A stretch of DNA of 59,257 bases, counting the filler, from Streblomastix strix (Eukaryota): NCBI GenBank assembly GCA_008636045.1. It is 2 parts of 2 records of this genome, joined end to end, with 100 filler letters (N's around TTAATTAATTAA, not from the genome) between each part and the next. Parts side by side here need not be neighbours in the genome. Positions count along the whole stretch, not along the records: positions 29,686 to 59,257 come from SNRW01000100.1; 1 more part is not named here. One strand, written 5' to 3'. Position 1 is the first letter of the stretch, and the number at the start of each line of letters is the position of its first letter. The notes under the pieces are model-generated. The model saw only the letters and a list, made by a program, of their open reading frames with translations, ran no database searches and was not told where the DNA came from. A program made the position numbers and the translations under genes. Shown one piece after another: positions 29,686-44,596 of the stretch.

Positions 29686-32600
29686 AATATATCTGATTAA
29701 AAATAAAATACTCAATTAAACTATTTAATCTGATACAGATGAAATTATTGAAAAATCACTGAGCTACAATAAAGAATAACAAGATAAACTTAATTAATAA
29801 TTAGAATAAGAAAAATAAAATAAAATTAACTAATAATTAGAATTAGAATAAAAGGATAAAATCAATTAAGAATTAGAATAAGAGTAATAAACAAAAGATG
29901 AAAATAAATATTATTTAGATAATTAAGTAGAATTTGAATCACATGAAATAGAATCATTAGAATATAAACAAAAAACTGAAATATAAGAGCTAACAATAAT
30001 AAATAAACAAGAAAATTCATTACCTATTTAAATAGCGGGTCAATAAATCCCTAAAATTTCTTTACCAATATAGAATAGAAAAATTGTATATGCTTAATAA
30101 GCTATAAAACAGCCAACAAAGAAAAGAATTTAAGTTTAATCTTCTAAAATATAAGCAGAATAATAATTACAATAATAACAATAGAATGAATCACTTCAAT
30201 AACAATAAGATCAATAAAAAGAATAAATAATTTCACTTCATCCCTTCTTTGATATTACTTATTAAAAATCCCTTTAAATTGTATTGAATAATAAGAATGA
30301 AGTAAATAAATAAGAAAAAGAATAATTTGGAGGAATTGGAGGAAATGAAAGCGAAGAATTTGATAATATAAATAATAAATATAATAACATCCATTATGAA
30401 ACATTCAAATAATAATCATTGGAATAAGAATAAGAAATGTAATAAGAAGATCCAGAGATGGAATAATTGTTGAATAAATTGAATAAAGTAGATAATCGTT
30501 TTAAACTTCCTACATTATCCAAAGAATAACAACTTTCATTTGGTAAACTCATTTCATTACAAGGAGGTGATGATTCTTCATAATCACCATCAATGAAACA
30601 TCTAAGTCCATCATATTTTTTTCTTTCTCCTTCTTCTTCATCTTCATCTTCAATCTTATCACATAGCAATTCCAACACTTAATAGAACACTTCATAATCA
30701 TAATCATAATCATCTTCTGCTTCTATTCTATAACAACTACAATCTCCATCTTCATTGAGCCATATTCTATCTGAGAATAATAGTTATATTAGTAGCAGTT
30801 ACTAATAATAACTATTTCCTGATTAGATTCAGATGCAGACTTAAAGAAGTAATAATATTTCGAATGTGGATAAATAAGATATTGAAAAAAAGTAGAATAG
30901 TAATAATTAATTGAGTGAGTAATAATAATAAAATAAATAAGATTAGAATTAAGTTGATTAATAAACTTACATTCTTTTGTAATAATAATTGTAACAGCAA
31001 TAAATTCAATAAATACAAATTCTTTAACAGTAATAGCTACTATAATAATAGTTATTAAATATAAATATGAATAAACAATTATAAGGAAAGAAATTAATAA
31101 TTTAATAGAAACAGTAATAATAATAATAATCTTCGTCATCAACAGACAAATCAAACAATAGTTTTGAAGATTAATTTGGATAGAATTAAAACTCGGATTA
31201 AGAATAAGACAATGAATATGAAATGAGAAGATAAAGAAGTTAATCAAAAAATAATAAACAATAAAATAGGAGGAAATAATAAAATTCGAAAGTTGGATAA
31301 AAAGAATAAAAGAAAGGAATAAAAATTCAATTAAATAATTCAGAGAAAAAAGATAAAGTAGATTTGATTAAGACTAAAAAACCTTAAATGATTGGAAAAT
31401 TGAATGAAAAATAAATAAAGCAAAATAAAATTAATACAAAAAGAAGAAGTATCTTATAAAGTTAGGAATAAGAAAAATAGAATCAGATAAAAGTAAAACA
31501 AAAAAGAAATATAAAAATATAAAAGAAATAAAAAACATAGAAATCATATTATGATGATGAAGATTATGAAGATGAAAAGAATTATTTAGAATTTTAAGAT
31601 TATGAAGAACATGATGAATCAAGCTCATTTAATTCTTATTCATAAAATGATTTAGTAACTGAATAAAATTTATATAAAATAAAAGATGGCAAATGGGAGA
31701 CTTAATTGATAACCAAAATCGAGTAACTTTCTTCATCATATTCAGACATACCATCAACACTATGCATGAGAGATCTATTCGATATCTTATTAATTGGCTC
31801 TATTATGTTTGCAGTTATATTTGTAACTGTTCTTTCATCAGCTGTACAAGTCTACAGTTATTCTGAATAAGCATCAAATATTCTGCTTTCTGGGATTTGC
31901 TCTCCTTATTTGGCCAGAATTCAGTATTTCCTACTTCGAATAATAATTGACTTTGATTGCATCAGACCATAATAACCAGTGAATACTGTTTATGAAGATA
32001 ACTTTGGTATGAACATATAATAATATATTTATTTTTATATTTATATTTAGTATATTAATAATAATAACTTAATCTTTTTCTTAATATTATTTTAATAAAA
32101 ATTCTTTTTTATTAATTATTCTATACTATAAATATCAGTTTGGAAGGATGATTCACACATGAGCAACAATCGCACATTGATTTTGAGTCTTCTCTAAAAT
32201 GTTACTGATTATCTGAGCAGAATTCATATGAAGGTTCATTTTGGAGATAATCTGTATACAACAACAAATGATATGATGATTGATCAAATAAAAGCAAAGA
32301 GGTTAATTAAATATATATTCATTTTCTATTTTTATATTCACTATCAATAATTTTAATAATCATTCTATATTTGTTTTTATATATTATCATAGTTTATCAA
32401 CAGATTTAAATAGTCAGTTGCTATTTACATAAGATGACTGTTATATGGTTAATATGGATGATTGCAATCAAGCACAACCAAACAGAATATTTCAAGTATA
32501 TATAAAAATAATTCGTAAGACCATAATAATAAATATGTTCATTATCATTATTTTATTTATATTTTCTTATATAATCAACAGATTCATCCTCCAATATATG

Positions 32601-33737
32601 GTTTCTCACTACTTTATAACAGAATGCGAGCTTATATTCAGCAGTTAAATCATATGGATGCAGATTTACTAAATGAAACCATTGAAGAGCTAAGATTTAT
32701 TCAGTCTTCTATTAGATATGATATATCTTAAGGTTTGATAATTTACTTATTATGAATAAATAAATCTTTAAATATTATTTACTGATAATTTAAATTTTTT
32801 TATCATTTTGCTCATGTTTTTAATAATAATATAGGTATGGATTCACTTATGAATACATTAACAGATATTGGTACAATGTAAATTTCACAATCATAGGCCA
32901 TACTTATTGTAATCACAATCATATTTAATTTAATTATTATATGTGTGTTTATATATTTTTTAAAAATTATTATATTATATTTATTTTTATTTCAAACTAA
33001 TTTTTTATTATTTATATTATTTAATAAATTATATATATATTTATTTCCTTATTAAAATTGCAGTAATTCTTGTAATTGTAACAATTCCTTGGGCAATGCA
33101 CTTCAAATAAATCAGTGATTATACGCACACATTATTGAGTTTAGTTCCACTTGAAGCATTGGATAATGATGTATCATTTCTCCCTTCAATGAATACAAAT
33201 AATTAAGAGATTGACGATCTTAGGAAGAAAATATTACATTTCACTAATGATTTAATAGAATCCATTAATCAGCCTCATAACTTTGGAAATCAAGTTGGTG
33301 ATGCTATTAATGATTTAATTTAGATATGCGTTCATACTTTTGAATCTGAAGAAAAACAGATAAATATGCTGAAAAATAATAAATCTAAATTTGACAAGCA
33401 TATTATTGATCATAAACTGATTCTGCATCGATTGTTATTTCTTTAGGAATAGTTGAAAGAATTAATTCTTGATGAATCATAATTGGAAAGAACGTCGAAT
33501 GTCTTCAAAAGAACAATGGCCTACGTTATGAACATTGGCGGATCAGCCAAATTGTTGAATAAGATCGAAGCTATGAAATTTATCATAAGTCGAACAGTAG
33601 CGAATGTGTTTAATAATCATTTCATTGAGATGGATCCCGAGTTCTCAGAAGAAATTGGGTTGATTGTGAGAGGAAAGATGGATTAAGACCAGGAGATTAA
33701 AGAAGATAATAATGAATAATTAGAATAAAATTATTGA
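29686..33737 (+). CDS. 5'-partial multi-exon membrane protein: long Q/N/E-rich cytoplasmic region, TM - extracellular domain - TM, C-terminal hemerythrin-like domain
   Basis: Open frame from the gap. TM LFDILLIGSIMFAVIFVTVLSS (~31775). Introns include 32007-32138 and others near 32302-32392, 32495-32581, 32732-32833 and ending 33063 (approximate). Second TM, then MNTNNQEIDDLRKKILHFTNDL...ICVHTFESEE...KHIIDHKLILHRL...NVFNNHFIEMDPEF. Stop TGA 33735-33737. Confidence 0.75.
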
Positions 33738-34533
33738 TAAATATTAGAACTTTAAGATAAGAAAATAGCATTTCATTCTATATTTTTGTTTTACCATATT
33801 GTTTTATTTATTTTTTTATTCTTTTGATCGTATTATTATCATCATACTACGTAGGGTATTTAATTTTTATTTATTTCTTCGAAGTAATATCTTTTATTTA
33901 GTTAATCTAAAATCGGTAATTTTAACTTTATTTATCATTATTTTAATTCACCAAGTCATTATTTATTATTCGAATTGTCTTATATTTAATATTCTCATAT
34001 TTTAATTATCTTGGTTCATATATTCATTTTTTTATTAGCCTCATCTTCTACAATTCTACATTCATACATTTTAATAACTATTATTCTTTTTAATTAATAA
34101 TTTGTCACTATTTTTCTATATCCAACTAATTTTAACCTTTATTTAACAACTAGACTTTAATATTAATCAATTTATCAATTTTACTTCAATTTTTATTAAT
34201 TATTCTTGAGTAACAATATATAAACCTTGTATTGAATATTGATGTTTAATTTTATACGATTGCGAAACTAACTCATAAATTAAAAAAACAATAATCAATA
34301 ATATTAATTTAAGTTCAATTTGTTTATTAGAAGTAGAAAAAATAGCAATCACTCTTTGAAGTCTAATTAAAATAGAAAAGATTAATAATATAAAAACTGA
34401 GGATTTGAAATTTTATATCAGAAAGGAGAGAAACTTCGTGAATTCGAATGTTGATTAAATTGAGCTGAAACTTTCTCAGAAAATTTATTCTATTATGAAA
34501 TTAGATAAGGAGAGAACTTATTATTGTTGTTGT

Positions 34534-36137
34534 TCATATTGATCTTAATGAATCTCTATAAATGAGTTATCTACGCTCTTCAATTGTTGCTTTGTATTTT
34601 AATTGATTCTAAGAATGTCAAATATTTATAATATATAAATTAAAATATATTAAAAAAAATTTCATCAATTATTTTAATTTTATAAACTTTTTTACGAATT
34701 ATTACAACTATGATGATTAATGTTATTCCTACTGCTAATATAATTAATGATCCGCTTACAATAGCTATAATTATTAATATATTATTCCTCCAATTAATAT
34801 TAAGTTTAAGTAGTGCAATATTACCTTATATCCAATATTTATCTTAGAACATTACATTAAAAGTCACACTATCTTTTTTTGCATCAGATCTACTCATAAT
34901 AAATATTTTCTTGATATTTTCTTTTATGTTAGTATCATTCCATTCTTATGGTGATTAAAGAAATATTAAAACTGCATCTTATCCAATTTCATCATCTATA
35001 AAATTTTCATTTTAGGAGAAATTATTATAATTGAAATTGAATTTGGAATTTGGATTAAATACCATAAGGGAAATTCCACCAGTAGCATATCTTATATTAT
35101 GTTTAAAAGTGTTGTTATTAACAATAAATTCACTTCCATGGTCATCATTAAGTGTTTCATCTGATATATGTAAAGCTCCTCCACTGTCTTTAATTCCATG
35201 ACAATCTTTAAAAGTATTATTTATTATTTCTACTTTAGTTTTTTATTCGGTTTAAATCTAAAGTGTAAAATGGCTATTAGTATTGCTTGAATTCAGATTC
35301 AAAAATTTGCAATCCTAAATTACAATCTGTGCATAATGTATGTTTGCTAAAATATAAACTGGTCCATAGCTGTGTGAAGATACTAATGCATCTTAGAACA
35401 AACATTATCTAATATAAATATCAGAACAACTTTCAATTACAATCATAGTAATGTTCTATGGATAATTAATATCGATTCCACTGAATTAACAATATGTGAT
35501 GTTGAGTTTATTTGAATTCAAAACATATAACTGAAAGATATTATTTAATAAATTACCCTAAATTGATTCAAATATACATTTATATACTGTAAGTGATGTA
35601 TCATATTCTTCACTACCAGCATATATTAAGAAATTTGTTGGAGATATTGTGGAATCATTGAGAATTGAAAAGCTAAAAGCGATGTTTTAAATTATGAGAT
35701 TTCCATATTCAAGTAATATAATTTATTATTAATGACTTTTAATTTGCCAATTACATGATATAACATTTGCACCCTAGTAATTATTAAATATACAAAAAAT
35801 GTATTTATATAAATAAATAATAAAACAAAAATTCAACCAATTAATAAAATAAATAAACCATAATATTAATTGTTAAGTTTTTGCTAATTTCTAAATATTC
35901 AACATGGTCATCATCCAACAAATTTATTTCATATTAATCAGATTATGCGCATTCTTGATTCAGAGCATCAGCAACAGTAAGAAATGCTCCTTTAACTTTA
36001 GAACTAACATTCCATATGCAGGCTTCAATGTTTGACTAGCACTATGGTAATTCTGAATCTATTTCAAGAATGTGATGGGTATGCATGAAGAATGCATTTT
36101 ATGTTGCTATCAATGAAATTAGAAGGTAAATTATCAT
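34534..36137 (-). CDS. Type I membrane/surface protein with beta-helix-like repeats; introns 35774-35858 and 34609-34687
   Basis: Signal peptide MIIYLLISLIATQNA. FLTVADALNQEC...YEINLLDDDHVE, SGGALHI and ATGGISL motifs. TM IIIAIVSGSLIILAVGITLIIIVVII-RKK and a short tail ending RSI*. The 3' end is somewhat uncertain. Confidence 0.75.
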
Positions 36138-36835
36138 CTTTTAAGAAGAAGAAAAAAATAAAAGAAGAAAAAAATAAAAGATAAATGTTAATTACTAAAT
36201 TAAAATTGTATAAAATTATTGAATGGTAAATATAAGTTATCAATAATAAAAAAAATTAATTTAATGTAAATTTCATTACTTGGTGAATTGTTAGAGGCAA
36301 ATTAATAATTACTGCGTTTTCTCTGTTATTCATCCATTCATTGTATGAAAAAATATATTTAAGGTTCTGTATATTAAATTTAATATTGATTTATGCCTTT
36401 TAATAAGAATTTTTAAGACAGAATGATGAGAAAATAGCAATTTATTTTTCAGAAAATATAGCTCAAGCTAGAAAATCAATTCAAGTTAGCAAATAATATA
36501 ATTTTTTTTGTAAATTTTTTTTATAAATTTATATAAATAAGTCAATCGTATTCACAACTTCTGTTGCGTAATCATAAAATTGTCAGAAAAATCTGAAATT
36601 CTCTCCAACTTTAGTTCTAATATTAAAATTTTAACAATAATTTATACATTTATAAAATGTAAATAGAAAAATTAAAATTGTGAGGAAAAATTGAATGATT
36701 AATATTAAATATAGATAATTAAAATTAAAATAGTTAAAATAATGAAGACTGGGAATTAAACAGAATTGAAGTGAGTTTAACTCTTTCTATTAAATTAGAT
36801 CATATTAATTATTTTATTCTTTTTCTTTAATTTAT

Positions 36836-38237
36836 TCATTTCCAAGATTTTCCCCATTAAAGTGCTTTGGATCCAACAACTTCTTATTAAGTGAATTAAA
36901 CCAGTCTCTCGAATTTTGTTACAGTGAAGGAAGAAGATCTATAATATGTTAAAGCCTGAATATATAAATTAGACAATTAATTAATGAAATTTTAATATTA
37001 AAATAATAAATATATACAATTTAAAAAAGAAAAATAATTAAAATTAATAAAAAATTCATTATTTATATATAATATTTAATTTAATTTGCAAACGAACCCA
37101 GAATCTAATCTCGGAAGGAATTCCAATCACATAGTTAGGTTGCTCAATGTCATCAATGTAGAAAACAACTTTACGTGGATTTGATGTCATGTCTACAATA
37201 GCACTAATTCTTTATCCATCTTTATATCTTCTATTTCTTATTATATATTCAGTAATGTGGTCAAGGTATCCACTGTTAATATTTTATAATAAAAAAGAAA
37301 TAAAAATTTGAATGAAAGAAATAAAAATTAAAGATTTATATATTATTATAGAAATTGACATATATTTATTTATTAATAATATTAAATTATAAGTGTTGTT
37401 TATAAAAATATATAATTCAAACCTTTAATAGTATCTTACAGTCTTTTCTTTATTTTCATAAGTTGCATTCAATGAAGCGGGGTACGATTAATAATAATAG
37501 TTAATAGAAAAAGAAAGAATTTAATATTAATAATTATTATTAATTAATATCAAATATTATATTGCATATAAGAATTAAATAAATTTAGATATTAAATAAA
37601 TACTTCCATCTTCCCAAGGACCTTTACCAGCAGCAAAAGAACAAGATGCATCCGCAATACCTAAGCCTATATAAGATATAAAATATTGAGTGGATTGATA
37701 TTAAGAATAAAAATATTACAATTATTATTCATTATTCATATTTACATTCATTAACTCATATTAACATACTACTAAAATCTCCAGAATTCTCAAATACTAC
37801 TTCGAATCTAACAATACCTTCACTTACAACAGGATCAATGGCAATGGTACTATAATTATTCTCGTCTGAATGAATGAACTTCATTCCTTATTATTTTCCT
37901 TAACTTTCTTTCTTTATTATAAATATTGGAGTTATTTGAACTGAATATTTATGAAAAATAATTAATTAATAATTAAAAGAAAATATAAAAAGAAATAAGT
38001 TAATAATAAAAGTAATTAATTCTTTAATATTTATAATATATAAATATTATTTCTAACTTATTGATTATATAATTTTCCAATATCGAGGATGCTCCAAAAG
38101 TTAATATATCTATTGCAAACTACAAGAAACTGATTTGCATCTTGTGGGATGGTCATTTCGTATAATATCTCAAGTAGTATAAATTATCCCAATCCAACTA
38201 GACTTCCATCTACATTGCACTCATTCAATTCGTCCAT
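36836..38237 (-). pseudogene. SPRY/B30.2-like lineage-expanded family member, probably pseudogenised
   Basis: Exons encode TIAIDPVVSEGIVRFEVVFEN, IGLGIADASCSFAAGKGPWEDG, EKTVRYY, DGQRISAIVDMTSNPRKVVFYIDDIEQPNYVIGIPSEIRFW and SSFTVTKFERL...KALQWGKSWK*. A 1-nt frameshift near 38110 is needed to join exon 1 to exon 2. No AG acceptor is visible before the EKTVRY exon. Confidence 0.65.
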
Positions 38238-38973
38238 TAAGATCTTTCTGAATATAAAATAATTTAAAAATAAAAATAAAAATTGAAAAAATTATGAATT
38301 TAATAGCAAATTGATGAAAATAATTAAAATAATGGGGAAAGAAAGTATCAGCGATAAAAAAATTAAAATTAATTGTGCGGATAAAGATATTAGGGCAGGA
38401 AAGGGCAAAGAATAAACGAGACATGTGCTATAGATTAAATATTTAGAAAATTTTTAATTAAATAGTAAAATACTGAAAAATAGAATAAATATCTCATGTT
38501 TAATCTCGAAGTATATAATTTAAAATAAGCTAAGACAAAGAATGAATGCGATAATTTAATTTGGATATTTTGCATAAGAAAGAAATGTGATGATATTGAA
38601 ATTTGTAGTCACAAAGAATATTTTCGATAACTGTCTGAATTACTCATTCCAATTACAAAATAAATTTGAGTTGAATCAAGGAGAGTGATTTGTTAATAAT
38701 AACATGTTTATTTGCTTTAATTGAATCAATTTCAGAATTAAGTTGATATATTAATGTTAAGAAAAATTATTTCTCTTCCAAAACTTACGGATAGTGATTA
38801 ATAATGATATGTACGTTAAATTCAGAGCGGTCAAACTAATAGAATTGAAATTTATTTCTAATTCCAATTATTAATTTACTATTTATTATAATATAAAAAT
38901 TAAATTCATTATAAAATTCTAATTTTGAATATTATTCAATTCGAATCAAAAAAATTTCAATTAAATAAATTTT

Positions 38974-39059
38974 TATTACCAGAGTGTCATAAATAACACC
39001 CTGGCAATGTACTTATATTACTTAGTTCAATTGATCCACCTCTTTATTACAAGACTGTC
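38974..39059 (+). repeat. Left copy of the DIRS inverted repeat
   Basis: Its reverse complement aligns without gaps to 45581-45666 with ~13 mismatches in 86 nt (manual count). Confidence 0.85.
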
Positions 39060-39138
39060 ATACTCGGCCGTAGGTACTGGAAGCTCCAACGAGCTGTCCA
39101 TCCCTATAAGTCGGCCATCTAAAACAAAGAAAGCAGGA

Positions 39139-40950
39139 ATGGATACAAATCAAGACCATTCCAAAAATGTGCGTTAGTTCAGTGAGCTGGGTGCGCTACA
39201 AGCGCATACATAGGGCACCAATTCGAGCCAAGCAGTTGACTTGCCCGTCGCGCAACTGGATTTAGACGTTTTTCAGTCCGATCGACAGTTAGCACCCATT
39301 GTTGCCACTAACGCATTCATACAACGCACCGCACCGCTACCACTCGAATAAGGATAGCTAATGCAAATACTGGAAGGCATCGCCGGAAAGTCGCTGCAGG
39401 AAACTGATTTCTACGCAACAAATATGTCGAATACGCAGGTTCTGGAGGTAATGCAACGCGCAGCACGAGCTCCGCAGCTTTTACAACATTCGGAGATACC
39501 AGCAATAGATTGATCACTCCTGCCGCCACTATAGAAGATAGATGTGCTCGCATCAGGTTTATAATTGCAAGCGCAAGAGTTCTGGGAGCTTGGTATACTT
39601 ACTATTTAAGACATTTTGGAGGGCAATTTGACAGAAGCATTGAATGATACTTTCTCCGAATTAGTCCTGGTCCTCAGGCAGGCAGAACGCGCTAAAATTG
39701 AAAAATGTGATTTTTTTCTGGCATCAATGCCCATTTATTTGATGGGAGCAACAACTCCGTGATGAGCCACACCAATCTAGCGACCATATAGAGATAGATT
39801 GGCATTTAATAATTAACCTCCGGATAAAATGTCGCGAATGAACAAGGAAACCTAATTGGAGCAAACGCCTTTTTAAACATTTAGCCCAGTAGAGACGCGC
39901 AATGTTGACATCAGCCTAGATCACGAATAATTTACTACTAGGAATCAACATGATATAGGAATGACAGACTCAATTATCATATATTTCACAGACACCCTCA
40001 CAAGCGTCATTTTTATCATAATTCCTGTAAAATTTGTAATTTTAATAGCAACCGTTATCCCTAAATAGAGATTTGTTCAATATTGCTTCATAACTGTAGC
40101 TTAAACAAAAAAATCCATATCTCCGGAACGTTCTTTAAAGCGATAACAATAAATTGCACCAATTCTCCCTATATTTCAAAATACTCAGTAATACGGAGCT
40201 GAATCTGAAGGCGTTTAAACCCAAAGACAGAATACTATAGCAAGAAACTCTCGTACTGTAATGGAAACTGACATGGTGTCAGAAGGACGCGATATAAATT
40301 CTCCACCTCCTGAGGCAAATAATCATCCGGGCCTCTTTTAACAGGAAAAGATACTAATGGGCCACGAAATCACACCTTCTGAAGCATATTGGTAAACCAG
40401 GCGCTGTACAACATCATCTTGGATATTATGAAGGATAAATTGAAGCAGAGAAATTAATACTAAGACATACTAGAGGCAAAACCATCTCAATTGCAGATTG
40501 GAGAAAGTTTTGGAAAGATCTTGACACAGATCTTAAACTATATGCAGTAAGACTATAATCTCCTTTATCAGACTCAGAAGAGCGAAGCAATGAAAATAAT
40601 TAAAGAACGGTCTTTTGGGATAATCCAAGAAAGAGATACAAATAGTATGATATATCAAATTCAAGGGAAAATAACCAGAATTATTATATTAGATATAATA
40701 ATTGTGCTGATTTCTGATCGCAAGGTCGTGGGTAAAGATGAGGAAGAGGAGATTACAGAGGAAGAGGTTTCAGAGGAAATAGAAGCGGTAATAATAGAGA
40801 TAATCGAGCAATGGACACGTATTTTAATGGAAATTATCACAACTTGTTTAGTATTGCTCCATGGCCTCCAGCTTAACCAGTTCCGGCTACTACATCGAAT
40901 ACTGTTGTTCCGGACCTTTCTCAAAGACAAATTGGTGGTACATCTCCCCA
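39139..40950 (+). pseudogene. Putative gag-like ORF1 region of the DIRS element, disrupted
   Basis: ATG 39139 MDTNQDHSKNVRQFSELGALQ... with coding-like composition and an RG-rich segment near 40720-40800. Assigned by position only; boundaries approximate. Confidence 0.4.
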
Positions 40951-42664
40951 ATTGATGAGAACTCCTGACTCATGGAAATCAAATAAAACTCCTACTCCCA
41001 AACAATAATCAAAAAAACCTACTCCTTCTCAAGATACTCCAGGTTAACAGTAACCCACAAAATTATAATAGTAATAACAAATAACAATACAACCTTAACC
41101 ATAAATTTATTAATTTTCTACCTAGCCCTCAATATCAACTTCTTAATCTTCTGAAACTACAAGTTCCAATACAATACTTATTCCAACTCCAAGTGTGCAC
41201 TAAGTACAATAAGAATAAGATCATCTTCATCATCCTCCTGTTGCTGTGTCTCCTTCACCAATCAATCCTATTGACATTGAGTTACATCTATCAGTTGACA
41301 CACAACATATTGGCATGATCCAACCTGTAAACAATATGTTGGCACCTCAATAACAAGCGCAGAAATAAAAACATTAGATAAATCCTCAATAACAACTCTT
41401 CAGTTTGTAAAATTAATAGTTTACCAAACTAACCATATGGACTTCCTGATCCCTCTAACTCCTGGTAAAGTATTTCTACATAACCGGTATATACGGATTT
41501 GAGAGCACAATATGAAGCTTAGAGACTTCACAATTAAATGCAACTACAATATAGCAGGACTAGATGAGAATACCAAATCCATTTGTAACAAAGAGCACAG
41601 AATAATTTTCAGAAATTTTTAATGGATGCAATGCTTTTGAATTTGGAAGCTAGAAGCAAAGGATTTAATAATTCCTTATACCTACCTTTTGGAAACTTTA
41701 AACCCAGCTTCAATCCAAATTAATATTTTGACAACCTCAGTTAGATTCCTTCTTAAGATTAATGAGAATACTTCAATGATTCAGATGAATATCGAATACA
41801 AAGAGACGATGATGATAATAGCAATAATGATGTATTTAGTGAAGCTGATCTAATAAAGTTACAAGATAGAGGTCATGGAGGAAGAGGAAAGAAAAGTAGA
41901 GGTAAACGTAAAGCATCATCTCAAGCATAACCCCTTTTATCTAGTCATCGACCTATTTAGGAAAGTATGTAGTCTAAGTTAAAAGTCCCTGGACAGAGGC
42001 GCGGGAAGACTGGAGCAGCCAATGGGACTATGAATACCAGCGCCTAATATTCACGTATAAGGCAGATCACTAGTGGGAGTGACTTTAATTTTGGATGAAG
42101 CATAAACATAGATATGGAACAAATGATGGAAAGGGATCATACTCAAACATAACCTTCAACCAATTATGGTCCTATTGTTTAAACAGCCCCACGTTAATTG
42201 GGGATGGCATAATGGCATGCAGAGAGAGAGACTGCAAGTGTTTTTGCAGCATAATGCGCAAACACTGAGAGCATGAATTTTGGAAATGAGATGAACTTAC
42301 TTCAACAGGGTCATCTTGCAGCTTAAGGCGCAGATGGCCTTGGATTCCAAACACTGATCTGTCAAGTGAAAGAACAATCTGAAGATGAACCTGAACAAGA
42401 CCAGGGTCAAGTACACTTTAACAATCTTCCAGATAATACAAAAAATGAAGGCTCACCGGGGCTTACATAAGAAACCAGAAGGAGCGAAGCAAATAAAGGC
42501 AGAATCAAACCACGGCCCAAATCTTCCCGTAAGAAGAAGAAGGGCCGCCGACAGCGCCAACTTCTCCTCCGGACAACACATGCTGATGTAGGTCTGGAGG
42601 CATTAACAGGAGGAGCCACTACTAGAGACTCCTTCTTAGAGAAGCTAAACCCCAGTATAGCAAC

Positions 42665-44596
42665 AACATCTGGGTGGAAAATTCATGAGATACATCACAG
42701 CTTGTGAAACAATTAATTGTAAAGATTTCATACAGAAAGGATTTTACGTAATCTTTAAAGATAATAACTGTCAAAAGAGAATCTAATAAACTATCGCAAA
42801 ATGTCTCTTCCAAAGGAATTAAACAGAAATACAAGCATATAAAGCGATATAATTACAGGAACTGTAGGAAGGAATAGTAGAAGAGATTCCGAAAGAACAA
42901 GTTAAATGGTGGAATCCAACCATTCTGGTTCCTAAACCTTCGGAAGATTGGAGAAAGATATTAGATACAAGTTTTCTGAACGAAAAAATGCAACCACTAC
43001 ATTTTTAAATGAATGAAGTCGAACAAGTTCGATACCTTCTCATTCTTAACGATTGGGCAGTAACTCTCGATCTCAAATCAGCCTTTCACCACTTAATCCT
43101 ATACCCTCCATATAGAGCATATCTGACTTTCGAAGTCGATAAGCACCATTACCAATATAGAGCAATGCCATTTAAATGCAAATATTCTCTAATATTCTTT
43201 ACCCAAGCACTCACCCTTTTCTTAACAAAGATTCGTAAGAGAACAAATATCAGAATATTCAATTACTCCGACGATTTACTTCTCCTTCATCAATATAAAA
43301 ATTGGCTTTTCTACCAAAAACAAAATATAATCAATATCCTAAAACATTTTAGTTGGACAATAGCTTTGAAAATGTGCCAATTATCACCGAAATAAGAGAT
43401 AAACTTCCTCAAATGTAGTTGAAATATGACAAAAATGAATATTTTCATGACAAGAGATAGAAGGCATCAATTAATAGAAAAAATCGAATAGTTTATTAAT
43501 GACACATAAACGCATAAAATAATCAAGATTAAAGAAACAGCATCTCTGATAGGAAGAATGAATTTTTTGTGAACTCAATTCAGGGAAGCATCACTCTATC
43601 TAATTCTAACAGACACAGCTAAAACTAGAGCAGTCAAAACATAAGGCTGGATTGGAATGATGGTCTCACCACTAGAAGTCCTGAAGGAACTTTACTAATG
43701 GATTTAAAAAAATTGCAGAAAATAGGAAATAATAGAAATAAGACTAAATTCCACAAGCAACTGTAGTAACAGATGCCTCACCCCAAGGGTGGGGAGCAAC
43801 ACTAGAGTTAGATTCAGGAGAGGTTCTAGTAGCACACGGAGCATGGTTAAGTTACCAAATACATTGGACAAATAATAAAAAGGAACTACAGGCCATTCAC
43901 TTAGTAATAATAGCTTTCGCAAGAGTTTGCAAAGAGCTGCAGATAACTAATCTCCTAAATAGATCAGATAACTCTACAGGATTATTCGATTTAAGAAAGT
44001 TGAGCGCAACAAACACTTTAACACCAACAGTGAGGGAGATTTGTATCACTTGCCAACATTTGAATATGAAAATAATAACATTACAAGTCCTGGGAAAGAT
44101 AAATATAATAACGAAAGCTCTTAGTAAATTGCGTAAATCAGGAGACTATCACCTTCACCCATTTCATCTAAATCAAATAAGAATGATATGGAACTTCAAA
44201 CCTCCGCTCGATTTATTCGCATCATCAACAACAAAACTATTACTTTGATATATGTCAGCGAACATACGGGATTAACAATCCCAATGGATAGATGTGTTCA
44301 CTAACACATGGATTAATGAAGTTCTATTAGTATACCCTCCAATTCCAATCTTGTCAAGAGTGATTTCATACTTTAACAACGAGGTGTCTTTATCAATAGT
44401 AATAGCACCATGGTGGCCGGGCCAACCATGGTTTATAAGCTTAATGAATCAGTCAAGCAGGTATCTTATCTTTGGACAATCAAGCCAATACCTAATTAAA
44501 AGGACAAATCATGTAAAATCCAAAAATTTTTTACCAACTGCTAAGATATCAGCATTCCTAATGGACCAGAAGTGGAGAAGGGCAGAATCTTCCTAA
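42665..44596 (+). pseudogene. DIRS pol: reverse transcriptase, RNase H and DNA adenine-methyltransferase-like domains (disrupted)
   Basis: RT: LGGKFMRYITA, WWNPTILVPKPSEDWRKILD, AVTLDLKSAFHHL, YQYRAMPF, NYSDDLLLL. RNase H: VTDASPQGWGATL, NKKELQAI, RSDNST, GKINIITKALSKL. MT: LDLFASS, YPPIPILSRV, IAPWWPGQPWF. TGA stops and frameshifts lie between the blocks. Confidence 0.9.

Noticed and set aside
33760..34530. Coding-like Q/K/E-rich sequence on the minus strand
   Set aside because: No sustained open frame or recognisable motif. It may be a decayed tail of the adjacent surface gene, but cannot be supported as a feature.
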